A DNA stretch of 32,987 nucleotides, from NCBI GenBank assembly GCA_015654965.1, contig JAATGD010000145.1, forward strand, positions 1-32,987, given 5' to 3'. This stretch comes from Hyphomicrobiales bacterium. GTDB lineage: Bacteria; Pseudomonadota; Alphaproteobacteria; Rhizobiales; Rhizobiaceae. The notes beneath the pieces are model-generated. The model searched no databases. It saw nothing but the letters and a program-made list of their open reading frames with translations, and was not told the DNA's origin. The position numbers and the translations under genes were made by a program. Positions 1 to 8,917 of the stretch are shown piece after piece; positions within the stretch are counted from its first letter, which is position 1, and each line of letters begins with the position of its first letter.

Positions 1-188
1 GAAAAGAGGATTTCAAGGTTGCGATAGCGCGCAATATCATCAGGAACGACCCATGTGAGCAGATAGCGTATCCGGTCCGGATCGACCTCTTCCCCGGCTT
101 CAAAGAAAGCGACATCAGGCAGCGCATGCGCAAAAGCTTCGCGAAAAATGGCACCACGGGTTGCATCGGAATTGAATAAAAAAGCCAT
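1..188 (-). CDS. D-isomer-specific 2-hydroxyacid dehydrogenase (glyoxylate/hydroxypyruvate reductase A-like), 5' part only; runs off the left edge
   Basis: Not in the ORF track. Hand translation from ATG 188 gives MAFLFNSDATRGAIFREAFAHALPDVAFFEAGEEVDPDRIRYLLTWVVPDDIARYRNLEILF, open to the edge and resembling GhrA-type N-termini. It starts 23 bp after the argE-like stop on the same strand. Confidence 0.7.
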   Translation of the reverse strand, partial: MAFLFNSDATRGAIFREAFAHALPDVAFFEAGEEVDPDRIRYLLTWVVPDDIARYRNLEILF

Positions 189-211
189 TGATCACTGCCG
201 TTGATAGGGGT

Positions 212-1336
212 TCAGGTGACAAGATGCGCGCCGAGATGTTTTATCATCTTCTCACACGCACGCAGTTCATCGATTTCGATATATTCATTGGGCTTATGCG
301 CACGCGCAATATCGCCGGGACCACAGATAATGGCGTCAATGCCCGCTTTTTGGTAAAGTCCCGCCTCGGTGCCATAACTCACAGCCGCAATCGTGTCCTG
401 TGCGGTGAGTTCCACCAGCAACTTCGAGAGCGCGCTTTCCCTTGAGAGCGACAAGGCCGGATAGGCGCTCAGCTCATGCCACTCAATCCTATAGCCGCGC
501 TCAGCCAAGGCAAAGAGTTGCTCCTTGACGGGTTCCAGAAGCTGGATGGGCGAGACGCCGGAAATCGCACGCACTTCAATATCGGCCATACAGCGATCAG
601 GAATGATATTGACGGCTTGCCCGCCGGAAACCACACCGAATTGCAGCGAAGAATAAGGCGGCTCGAAATTCTCGTCATATGGACCGGCCATGAGTGTCTG
701 GCCATAAGCCACCGCCCCCGCGATCACTTCCGCCATGGCGTGAACTGCGTTCAAACCCAGATCAGGCCGCGATGAATGACCCGAAAACCCGATGACTTCA
801 AGCCGTGCCGCAGCCTTGCCTTTATGCGCGCGCACGGCCCGCATGCGGCTCGGTTCACCGATGATCGCACCAAGCGGCCTGGCGCAAAGTTCCGGGAGGG
901 CCGCAAGAAGATGCGGCACGCCGCGGCAACCGGCTTCTTCATCATAGGAAAAAGCCAGATGAACCGGACGCCGCAAGGGACGGGATTCAAGTTCCGGCAA
1001 TGCAGCCAAAGCACAAGCCAGAAACCCCTTCATATCGGACGTTCCCCGCCCATAAAGCCTGCCTGCGTCTTGACAGAGCGTGAAGGGATCGCTCGACCAT
1101 TCGGCCTCACCCGCAGGCACGACATCCATATGACCCGACAGAATATAACCGGGAACATCGCGCGGACCGACGGTTATGAACAGATTTGCCCTGTCGCCTT
1201 CCGGTCCGGGAAGTGTGGTGACATGCGCACCGGCCGCCTTGGCGTAACCACTGATCCAGTCGACAATCGCATCATTGGGCCTGCCCACGACCGAGGGAAA
1301 GCCGATTAATGCTGCAAGAATTTCCTCGACCTTCAT
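212..1336 (-). CDS. argE: Acetylornithine deacetylase-like M20 metallo-amidohydrolase
   Basis: Motifs LSGHMDVVP, LYGRGTSDMKG, SYDEEAGC, GEP and AHKPNEYI. Start placed at ATG 1336 (MKVEEIL) rather than 1357. Confidence 0.88.
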   Translation of the reverse strand: MKVEEILAALIGFPSVVGRPNDAIVDWISGYAKAAGAHVTTLPGPEGDRANLFITVGPRDVPGYILSGHMDVVPAGEAEWSSDPFTLCQDAGRLYGRGTSDMKGFLACALAALPELESRPLRRPVHLAFSYDEEAGCRGVPHLLAALPELCARPLGAIIGEPSRMRAVRAHKGKAAARLEVIGFSGHSSRPDLGLNAVHAMAEVIAGAVAYGQTLMAGPYDENFEPPYSSLQFGVVSGGQAVNIIPDRCMADIEVRAISGVSPIQLLEPVKEQLFALAERGYRIEWHELSAYPALSLSRESALSKLLVELTAQDTIAAVSYGTEAGLYQKAGIDAIICGPGDIARAHKPNEYIEIDELRACEKMIKHLGAHLVT

Positions 1337-1588
1337 GAACACCACACGACAGAACAATCTTCAGGATGCTCACAGCATAAAGGGCGTATCAAGTGTTCCA
1401 TGCCGAATAAGGTCCGGCTTCAAACAAAGATTGTGAATTCAGGCATCCAAGAAGCGCTTTCTGCCGCCTGTAGCATGGGATGATGCGGCAAAATACGCCT
1501 GCCGGACTGCATTGCTTTCATTGCATTCAGTGGCAGGATCAAAAACACTGCATGTTCAAGACACGGGCAGGAAACGGGAAAGGCTGAT

Positions 1589-2467
1589 ATGCAAAAATCA
1601 GTGCGGCTGAAATCATTTGAACTGATCGCGCGCGATATCGCGCAGGTTGATGTCAGCCTGCTCCACGGCCTTTCCATGGCGGTTGGCTGGCCGCATCGGC
1701 CCAGTGACTGGGAATTGCTGCTAAAAACCGGACAGGGACTTGTGGCCGTCGACGGGATCGGGCGCGTGTTCGGAAGTGCTATGTGGTTTCACTATGGTGA
1801 GGACTTCGCGACAATCGGCATGGTGATCACCTCTCCGCGCACGCAGGCTCAGGGCAATGGCCGCTGGTTGATGCAGCAGATACTCGATCGCTGTAGCGGC
1901 CGCAATCTCAGCCTCAATGCAACCCACGCAGCCTATCATCTCTACCTTTCCCTCGGCTTTCAAAACGAGGCAACCGTTTATCAATGCCAAGGTGAGGTGA
2001 CGCACACACGCCCACTCATAGCCCCGCTTGAGGGTGCGCTTGTTGCCATACCAGCCGACAGACTGGAGACGATTGCACAACTGGATGCCAAGGCGTTCGG
2101 TATCGATCGCAGCAATTTGCTAAAACTCATCTCGGAGAAAGCCGCAATTTACGGATTGACGAGAAACGGCCATCTGGTCGGCTATTCCATCTGCCGCGAT
2201 TTTGGGCGCGGCAAGATCATCGGGCCGATTGTCGCCAGCAATGACCATGACGCCATTCACCTGACAGATGTGCATCTGCAAACACTCAAAGGCGAATTTG
2301 CCCGTATCGACACACGGGAAAAGACCGGACCCTTTGCCGACTATATAGCGCAATGCAGGCTGGATGTTTTCGGCACCGTCACGACAATGTCGAAAGGCAA
2401 AGAGTTTTTGAACAGACAAGCCGATGGGCCATGGATTTACGGCTTGTCAGCCCATGGATGGGGTTAA
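1589..2467 (+). CDS. GNAT N-acetyltransferase, two-domain YitH-like
   Basis: Acetyl-CoA motif SPRTQAQGNGRWLM, LYLSLGF and a C-terminal IIGPIVA domain. Its stop overlaps the convergent LysR stop (TTAA 2464-2467). Confidence 0.85.
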   Translation: MQKSVRLKSFELIARDIAQVDVSLLHGLSMAVGWPHRPSDWELLLKTGQGLVAVDGIGRVFGSAMWFHYGEDFATIGMVITSPRTQAQGNGRWLMQQILDRCSGRNLSLNATHAAYHLYLSLGFQNEATVYQCQGEVTHTRPLIAPLEGALVAIPADRLETIAQLDAKAFGIDRSNLLKLISEKAAIYGLTRNGHLVGYSICRDFGRGKIIGPIVASNDHDAIHLTDVHLQTLKGEFARIDTREKTGPFADYIAQCRLDVFGTVTTMSKGKEFLNRQADGPWIYGLSAHGWG

Positions 2468-3432
2468 ACCGAGGCACTTTGCGGTTTCAAGGCATCTTCC
2501 AGCCCCAATGCCGGATACATTGCCACAATGGCCGCAATATCATCCATCAGTTCAGCAATCAGCCAGTCACGAACCTGCGTGACAATCGGGCGAACGGGCC
2601 GGTCGCGCACACGCACCAGATGGCATTTGCGGTGGGTGGGCAAAAAGCGATCCTGTGCCGGTATCAGGGCTTTCGTGCGCAGCCAGTGCGCAACGACATT
2701 CAGCCAGCCGATTGCCACGCCCTGCCCCAGCAAGGCGGCTTGAACAACAATCGCATAATCGGAAAAAAGCATTTCCTCATGGGTGCCGCGCCTGCGCGCC
2801 GGCAGAAAGTAATCCGGCCAGTTCGGCTGCGCCTCGCTGAGATTGATCAATGTGGTCACCGGCTGATCAAGCAGCGCATTCGCCTGATCACGCTCCTGCT
2901 GGTAGGTCGGGCTGCATATGGGAACCAGAATTTCCGGCATGACAAAAGTCGCTTCATGATTGTCATCCCCGCCCTCGACAAAACGCATCCCGAGATCGAC
3001 ATCGCTGACCGGTCCCGCCAGGGGACCCATGATCAACTCGAAGCGCAAATCCACCCCGGGAAACACCTTCTTGAATGCCGCCATGCGCGGCATGACCCAA
3101 TGCGTGGTAAAGCCCGTTGACAGCGACAGCGTCACCGTCTGCACGCCCTGTTTGCGATCGCTGATTTCGCGAAGCGCCCCTTCTATGCCGGAAAAGCCGC
3201 GCTCGATCGCATCATGCAGGATCTTTCCATATTCCGTCAGCATCACGCCATTGGTGGTGCGGATGAAAAGCTGCACATCGAGATGTTCTTCCAGTCGCCC
3301 GATCATCCGGCTGATGGCCGCAGGCGTAACATTGAGTTCCTGCGCTGCCTTGGAAAAATTGCCCAATCGCGCCGCCGCCTCCAGAGTGAAGAGGCCATTC
3401 ATCGATGGTAAAGAGCGACGCAAGAGAGACAT
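2464..3432 (-). CDS. LysR-family regulator (GcvA/AmpR-like)
   Basis: HTH LPSMNGLFTLEAAARLGNFSKAAQELNVTPAAISRMIGRLEEHL and substrate-domain AALLGQGVAIG. Start is most likely ATG 3432. Divergent from the ABC operon. Confidence 0.92.
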   Translation of the reverse strand: MSLLRRSLPSMNGLFTLEAAARLGNFSKAAQELNVTPAAISRMIGRLEEHLDVQLFIRTTNGVMLTEYGKILHDAIERGFSGIEGALREISDRKQGVQTVTLSLSTGFTTHWVMPRMAAFKKVFPGVDLRFELIMGPLAGPVSDVDLGMRFVEGGDDNHEATFVMPEILVPICSPTYQQERDQANALLDQPVTTLINLSEAQPNWPDYFLPARRRGTHEEMLFSDYAIVVQAALLGQGVAIGWLNVVAHWLRTKALIPAQDRFLPTHRKCHLVRVRDRPVRPIVTQVRDWLIAELMDDIAAIVAMYPALGLEDALKPQSASV

Positions 3433-3444
3433 TACATTTTGTAA
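3432..3444. promoter_or_regulatory. Candidate LysR recognition box (T-N11-A palindrome)
   Basis: TTACA-TTT-TGTAA has perfect arms and overlaps the lysR start codon in the divergent intergenic region. Confidence 0.6.
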
Positions 3445-3666
3445 CACCCTCTCAAGCTTTTTTCAATTGCGCCGCGCTTCTTTATTTGTTCTCCTATATT
3501 CCAAGAAAGGAAAAAATCCTTCGCAACGATCAGGGGAACATGGCATTGGGCGGCGAGTGGCATACATATGCCAGCGCTGATACCTGATGTCTGGCTGTTC
3601 CATTGAATTCAGTGAATCCGGCTTTTCCAGATTTGGACGGCTAGATAAATTCTTTAGTGGAATCAA

Positions 3667-4758
3667 ATGACTGAAGCGATCAAGCCATCAAGTGTGGGCG
3701 TATCCATTCGTAGCGCGACGAAAACCTACGGGGCTTTCCGCGCGCTGGATAACGTCAGTCTCGACGTGGCTCCGGGGGAATTCGTTTCGCTCTTGGGACC
3801 ATCGGGTTCTGGCAAGACCACCTTCCTTGGCATTCTCGGCGGCTTTGTTCAGCCGACGTCCGGCTCGATCTGGCTGGGTGATCGCGATATTACATTGGAG
3901 CCACCCCATAAACGCGATATCGGCATCGTCTTCCAGAACTATGCGCTTTTCCCGCATATGAATGTCGCCGACAATATCACATTCCCCTTGCGCGCGCGCC
4001 GGATGCCAAAGGCTGACTGGCCGGCCAAATTGCGCGATGCGCTGGCCATGGTCGAACTGACCGGCCTTGAAGACCGCAAGATCGATGAACTTTCCGGCGG
4101 ACAAAGGCAACGCGTGGCGCTGGCCCGCGCCATGATCTTTGAACCGCGCCTCATCCTGATGGACGAGCCTTTGTCGGCGCTCGACAAGCAATTGCGCGAA
4201 AATATGCAGATCGAACTCAAGCAATTGCATCGCAAGCTTTCCGCAACCATTGTCTATGTCATGCATGACCAGCGCGAAGCGCTCACCATGAGCGATCGTG
4301 TCGCGATCATGAACAAGGGCAGGATCGTACAGATCGATACGCCGGAAATGCTGCACGACCGCCCGGCCAATGCCTTCGTGGCGAGTTTTATCGGCGAAGC
4401 CACGCTGCTGCCGGTGACACGCGACGGTGATCATAGTGTCAGCCTTGCAAACACGCAGCTTCGTTCCGCCTATCCGATACCACAGGGCGACAAGCTCTTT
4501 CTGGCGCTTCATTCGGAAAAACTGACCATTGGGACTGAAGCCACGGACCCCGGCATGAACCGGCTGCGCGGCAAGGTCATCGACTCCCTTTATCAAGGCG
4601 AAAGCATCCGCGTTTTCATGCAGCTTCAATCCGGTGAAACGCTCAGTTTCCGTCTTCCGACCAATCACGCCGGACGTTCGCAACTGCGCGCGCCCGGCGA
4701 GGATATCGAAATCGCACTTCACCCCGAAGATACGGTGATTGTGCCGCAATCCAACTAA
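3667..4758 (+). CDS. Polyamine/opine-type ABC transporter ATP-binding subunit (PotA-like)
   Basis: Walker A GPSGSGKT, Q-loop VFQNYALFPH, signature LSGGQ, Walker B ILMDEP and a C-terminal TOBE-like region. The H-loop reads YVMHD. Confidence 0.93.
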   Translation: MTEAIKPSSVGVSIRSATKTYGAFRALDNVSLDVAPGEFVSLLGPSGSGKTTFLGILGGFVQPTSGSIWLGDRDITLEPPHKRDIGIVFQNYALFPHMNVADNITFPLRARRMPKADWPAKLRDALAMVELTGLEDRKIDELSGGQRQRVALARAMIFEPRLILMDEPLSALDKQLRENMQIELKQLHRKLSATIVYVMHDQREALTMSDRVAIMNKGRIVQIDTPEMLHDRPANAFVASFIGEATLLPVTRDGDHSVSLANTQLRSAYPIPQGDKLFLALHSEKLTIGTEATDPGMNRLRGKVIDSLYQGESIRVFMQLQSGETLSFRLPTNHAGRSQLRAPGEDIEIALHPEDTVIVPQSN

Positions 4759-4789
4759 CAACCATGCATAGGACTGTGAGGAAACAGCA

Positions 4790-5518
4790 ATGAAGATCAC
4801 TGATTTTAAAGTGATGACCTTTGACGTCGTGGGCACGCTGATCGATTTTGAAACAGGCATCTTGAATGCGGCCCGTAAAGTGGGCGGCGAGAAGGCCGCA
4901 AAGCTGAGCGACGATGAACTGTTCGGCCCCTATATCCGTGGTCGCGACCAGTTCTATGGCCGCTCGTCCTCGGCCATGAAGGATGTCTATCTGCATATGG
5001 CAAAAGAGCTGGGCATCAACGGTGACGACGCCTCGGCGAACCTGTTCCAGTTTGCCATTCTGCATCATCCGGCTTTTGAGGATTCGGTCGCAGCCCTGAA
5101 GCGTTTGCGCAAGAATTTCCGTCTCGTCGCCATGACCAATGCCGACAGAACCACTTTCTCCGCCTATTCGGAAACGCTGGGAAATCCGTTCCATGACAGC
5201 GTCACCTGCGACGAAACCGGCTATGCCAAGCCAAACCCGAATTTCTTTGCCTATAACAAGGGCCGCCAGTCGGCCTTCGGCTACAAGCCATCGGAAATCC
5301 TGCACGTGGCGCAGAGCCAGTATCATGATATCGGCATTGCCAAGGAACTTGGCTATACGACCTGCTGGATCGAGCGTCGTCAGGGGCAAAAGGGCTTTGG
5401 CGGCACGCCAACGCCGAAAGCCGTGACAAAGCCGGATTTCCATTTTTCAACGCTCAAACAGCTTGCCGATGCCGTGGACGCCGAATTGCGTTCAGCTGCC
5501 ATCGCCAATGCAGCGTAA
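4790..5518 (+). CDS. HAD-superfamily hydrolase, haloacid dehalogenase type II-like
   Basis: Motif I FDVVGTLID, motif II MTN, motif III KPNP and motif IV ILHVAQSQYHD. RBS GAGGA upstream. Confidence 0.9.
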   Translation: MKITDFKVMTFDVVGTLIDFETGILNAARKVGGEKAAKLSDDELFGPYIRGRDQFYGRSSSAMKDVYLHMAKELGINGDDASANLFQFAILHHPAFEDSVAALKRLRKNFRLVAMTNADRTTFSAYSETLGNPFHDSVTCDETGYAKPNPNFFAYNKGRQSAFGYKPSEILHVAQSQYHDIGIAKELGYTTCWIERRQGQKGFGGTPTPKAVTKPDFHFSTLKQLADAVDAELRSAAIANAA

Positions 5519-5539
5519 GAACAGAAACGTCACGACACC

Positions 5540-6844
5540 ATGACGACACGCCCTCCTTTTGACGACATCAAATCCTTGTGGCAGGCAACAGCCGGCCCGC
5601 GACCGCAATTCTCAAACAGCCCCGGCAGCGGTCAATTTGATGTCGCCATTATTGGAGGCGGCTATACGGGCCTTTCGACAGCCCGATATCTGGCGCGCAA
5701 GGGTCTCTCTTCCATCATACTGGAAGCAAGCCGGATCGGCTGGGGGGCGAGCGGTCGCAATGGCGGCGTGGTTTCTGCAAAATTCAGGCTGGCATATCGC
5801 GATATTGCCAGCCGCTTCGGCCTCGACGTGGCACGCCGCATGCACGATATCAGCATCGAAGCTTCCGAGCATGTCGGCGAACTGGTCCGCAATTATGCCA
5901 TTGAAGACGCCCATTATCACGCAACAGGTTCGTTGCGTTGCGCGCATAATCAGGTGTCGCTCGATGCGCTGAAAGCGGAATGCGCATGGCTCAATGAAGC
6001 TCTTGGCGACACCGCCTGCTCAATCCAATCGGCCGAAGAGATCGCGCAGGAAACCGGATCGCATGATTTTGTCGGCGGCATGTTGAACACCCATGGCGGC
6101 ATTATCCATCCGCTCAATTTTGTTCTGGGTTTTGCACGCGGCGTTCAGGCAGAGGGTGTGACGATTTGTGAAAATAGCCCTGTTTTCGGCATGAAACGCG
6201 ATTCAAATGGCGTGATCGTCGAGACGGAAAATGCAACGATCCATGCCAAGACCGTGGTGATCGCCACCAATTCCTATTCCGACATCACGCCCGCGACCGC
6301 ATCGGTCAGAAAATCCATCATCCCGTTTCGCTCGGCCATGATCGCCACGCAGCCGCTCACCGGCACGGCTGGCGAAAACCTGCTCAAGACCGGCCGCAGC
6401 TATACCGAGACACGCCGCATGATGCGCTGGTTCCGCAAATCGGGCGACCGGCTCATCTATGGCGGGCGCGGCGCTTTCGGAAAAACCGATTCGGACGCCG
6501 CCTTCAGCGCATTGCAAAAGGCCATGGTGCAACAGTTTCCCGAACTTTCCGATGTTGAGGTCACGCATCGCTGGTCGGGTCTGGTCGCCATGACGCTCGA
6601 TAGCCTGCCCCATACCGGACGACTGGATGACAGGGTGATCTATGCGCTGGGCTATAATGGTGCGGGCGTCGCACTGGCGTCCTATATCGGCAGGCATGTA
6701 GCAGATATTGCGGTCGGCAAGCCTGTCGATCTGGGTCTTCTGACACAACTCCCGCTCAGGCAGATTCCGCTTTACGGCCTTCGCGCGCCAGCCGTGCGCA
6801 TGGTCGCGGGCTGGTACCAGTTTCTCGACGCGATCGGGCGTTGA
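5540..6844 (+). CDS. FAD-dependent amine oxidoreductase (DAO family, PuuB/OrdL-like) #1
   Basis: IIGGGYTG dinucleotide-binding motif, GASGRNGG, HPLN and GYNGAGV. Confidence 0.9.
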   Translation: MTTRPPFDDIKSLWQATAGPRPQFSNSPGSGQFDVAIIGGGYTGLSTARYLARKGLSSIILEASRIGWGASGRNGGVVSAKFRLAYRDIASRFGLDVARRMHDISIEASEHVGELVRNYAIEDAHYHATGSLRCAHNQVSLDALKAECAWLNEALGDTACSIQSAEEIAQETGSHDFVGGMLNTHGGIIHPLNFVLGFARGVQAEGVTICENSPVFGMKRDSNGVIVETENATIHAKTVVIATNSYSDITPATASVRKSIIPFRSAMIATQPLTGTAGENLLKTGRSYTETRRMMRWFRKSGDRLIYGGRGAFGKTDSDAAFSALQKAMVQQFPELSDVEVTHRWSGLVAMTLDSLPHTGRLDDRVIYALGYNGAGVALASYIGRHVADIAVGKPVDLGLLTQLPLRQIPLYGLRAPAVRMVAGWYQFLDAIGR

Positions 6845-6927
6845 AGCAAAAAGCTGTGCGCCGGGGCAGCCATTCCCTCACCGGCAGACAAGAATGGACC
6901 CGAAAGTCCACATAGAGGAGAACGAGC

Positions 6928-7968
6928 ATGCGCATTTCACTCACAGCACTACTCATGTCATCCGCAGCACTTGTCGCCGGTATGGGCAGCGCTTGCGCCG
7001 AACAGATCACCTTCGTCTCGCAGGGCGGCGCCTATCAGGAAGCCCAGACCAAGGCCATTCTCGACCCCGTTGCGGAAAAAACCGGTATCACCATCAATCA
7101 GGACAGCGCGCCCGACGCCTGGCCCGTCATCAAGACGCAGACCGAAACCGGCAAACCCGTCTGGGATGTCATCGATACGCCGACCAAGGATTGTATTCGC
7201 GGCGGCGAACAAGGCATGATCGAAAAACTCGATTTTTCCAAGCTGCCCAATGTCGAAAACATGCCTGCGGAATATAAAACGCCCTATTCGGTCGCCTATG
7301 AATTCTATTCAAGCGTGCTCGCTTATAACAAGGACAAGTTCGGCGACAATCCGCCCAAGACATGGGTCGATTTCTGGGACGTCAAGAAATTCCCCGGCAC
7401 ACGAGCATTGCGCAATCATCCGCTCGCAACCCTTGAAGCGGCCCTGATTGCCGATGGCGTGCCGATCGACAAGCTCTATCCGCTCGATGTCGACCGCGCC
7501 TTCAGGAAACTCGAAGAAATCAAGCCTCATATCAGTGTCTGGTGGACGTCCGGCGCGCAATCGGCACAGCTTCTGGCCGATGGCGAAGTCGATATGACCA
7601 TGGCCTGGAACGGTCGTGTTTCGGCTGTGGTGAAGGAAGGCCTGCCCATCGGCTACACCTTCAATGAAGGCTTTTTGCAATATACCTCGCTCTGCATCCT
7701 GAAGTGTGCGCCCAATCTGGACACGGGCGTGAAATTCATCAACGCGGCGCTCGATCCGGAAATTCAGGCCAATTTCCCGACCTATATCGATTATGGTCCG
7801 GCCAATCCTGCCGCTTACGAAACCGGAAAAATTTCTCCAGAACGGGCGGCGGAACTGCCTAGCTCACCCGATAATGCGGCCAGGCAGGTGCTGGTTTCGG
7901 AAGCATGGTGGAGTTCGCCCGCTGGCGAGGACGCGCAAAAGCGCTGGGCGGAGTTCATTCAGAAATAA
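6928..7968 (+). CDS. Polyamine/opine-type ABC substrate-binding protein (PotD/PotF-like)
   Basis: N-terminal signal peptide, GGAYQEAQ, WDVKKFPG, LYPLDVDRAF and AWNGRV. RBS GAGGAG upstream. Confidence 0.9.
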   Translation: MRISLTALLMSSAALVAGMGSACAEQITFVSQGGAYQEAQTKAILDPVAEKTGITINQDSAPDAWPVIKTQTETGKPVWDVIDTPTKDCIRGGEQGMIEKLDFSKLPNVENMPAEYKTPYSVAYEFYSSVLAYNKDKFGDNPPKTWVDFWDVKKFPGTRALRNHPLATLEAALIADGVPIDKLYPLDVDRAFRKLEEIKPHISVWWTSGAQSAQLLADGEVDMTMAWNGRVSAVVKEGLPIGYTFNEGFLQYTSLCILKCAPNLDTGVKFINAALDPEIQANFPTYIDYGPANPAAYETGKISPERAAELPSSPDNAARQVLVSEAWWSSPAGEDAQKRWAEFIQK

Positions 7969-7974
7969 GCCCGA

Positions 7975-8003
7975 TGCGCGCACGCGATCATCACGTGCGC
8001 GCA
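7975..8003 (+). other. Intercistronic stem-loop after the substrate-binding gene
   Basis: TGCGCGCACG-N9-CGTGCGCGCA forms perfect 10-bp arms with no U-tract. Confidence 0.65.
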
Positions 8004-8040
8004 CCGACGGTAAAATCTCATCAATTTCCAGGGGATAGCA

Positions 8041-8913
8041 ATGAGCAGGGCCAGCCTCAATCCAAGCCAGCTTTACCAGCGCAAGGAAATGCGCCTGATG
8101 CTGTGTCTTCTGGCACCCGCTCTGGCCGTGGTGACGGCATTGCTGATCGTGCCGCTTCTCTGGCTGGCATGGCAATCCATCTGGCAGGATGGCGGTTTTA
8201 CCATTGTCCACTACCAGCGCTTTTTCACCGACAATGTCTACTGGATGGCGTTTCTACAAACGTTTCGGATTGCCGTTATCGTCACCATAGCAACGCTTCT
8301 GCTCGGTTATCCCATTGCCTATCTCGCCGCCACGGTTTCGCAAAAATGGAGCATCGTCATTCTGGCGATGGTCATCCTGCCATTCTGGACCAGCGTTCTG
8401 GTGCGCGCCTATGCCTGGCTCATTTTGTTGCAGCGAACCGGACTGGTCAATTCCGCACTGAAATCGCTTGGCCTGATCGATACGCCCCTGCCTCTCGTCA
8501 ATAATGAATTTGGAACCGTCATTGCCACCATCCATATTCTGCTGCCCTTCATGGTGCTGCCGCTTTATGCAACCATGCAGAAAATCCCGCGCGAATTGTC
8601 CATGGCCGGGGCAAGCCTTGGCGGCACACCGTTTTACGTTTTCATACGGGTTTTCCTGCCGCTTTCGCTGCCCGGCATGATCGCCGGCATGGTGCTGGTT
8701 TTCGTGCTCACACTGGGCTTTTACATCACCCCCGAACTTCTGGGCGGTGGGCGGACCTACATGGTTTCAATGCTCGTTTCGCGCAATATCGAGGTCTATC
8801 ATGAATGGGGCGCCGCCTCATCCATCAGCGTGGTTCTGTTGATCTGTGTCTTCCTGATCTTCCGGCTGACCAGCCTGCTGATCCCGTTTGAACGCATCAT
8901 GGGAACGAGGTAG
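8041..8913 (+). CDS. ABC permease (PotB-like)
   Basis: Hydrophobic protein with LLLGYPIAY, LPFWTSVLVRAYAW and an EAA-like loop AGASLGG. Confidence 0.92.
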   Translation: MSRASLNPSQLYQRKEMRLMLCLLAPALAVVTALLIVPLLWLAWQSIWQDGGFTIVHYQRFFTDNVYWMAFLQTFRIAVIVTIATLLLGYPIAYLAATVSQKWSIVILAMVILPFWTSVLVRAYAWLILLQRTGLVNSALKSLGLIDTPLPLVNNEFGTVIATIHILLPFMVLPLYATMQKIPRELSMAGASLGGTPFYVFIRVFLPLSLPGMIAGMVLVFVLTLGFYITPELLGGGRTYMVSMLVSRNIEVYHEWGAASSISVVLLICVFLIFRLTSLLIPFERIMGTR

Positions 8914-8917
8914 GCCA

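Noticed and set aside
3558-3573. Possible sigma54 -24/-12 promoter (TGGCA...TGC)
   Set aside because: The GG-to-GC spacing is 9 bp instead of the required 10. Kept only as a palindrome.
3688-4860. 390-aa antisense ORF, and similar ones such as 4643-5443, 18343-19116, 20464-21543, 26705-27607, 29368-30159 and 30192-30905
   Set aside because: These are shadow frames opposite well-supported genes in GC-rich DNA, with no recognisable motifs.
4790-5518. HAD as phosphonatase PhnX or a sugar/choline phosphatase
   Set aside because: Motif I is DVVGT, not DWAGT or DxD, and no phnW, phnA or phnY genes are in the window.
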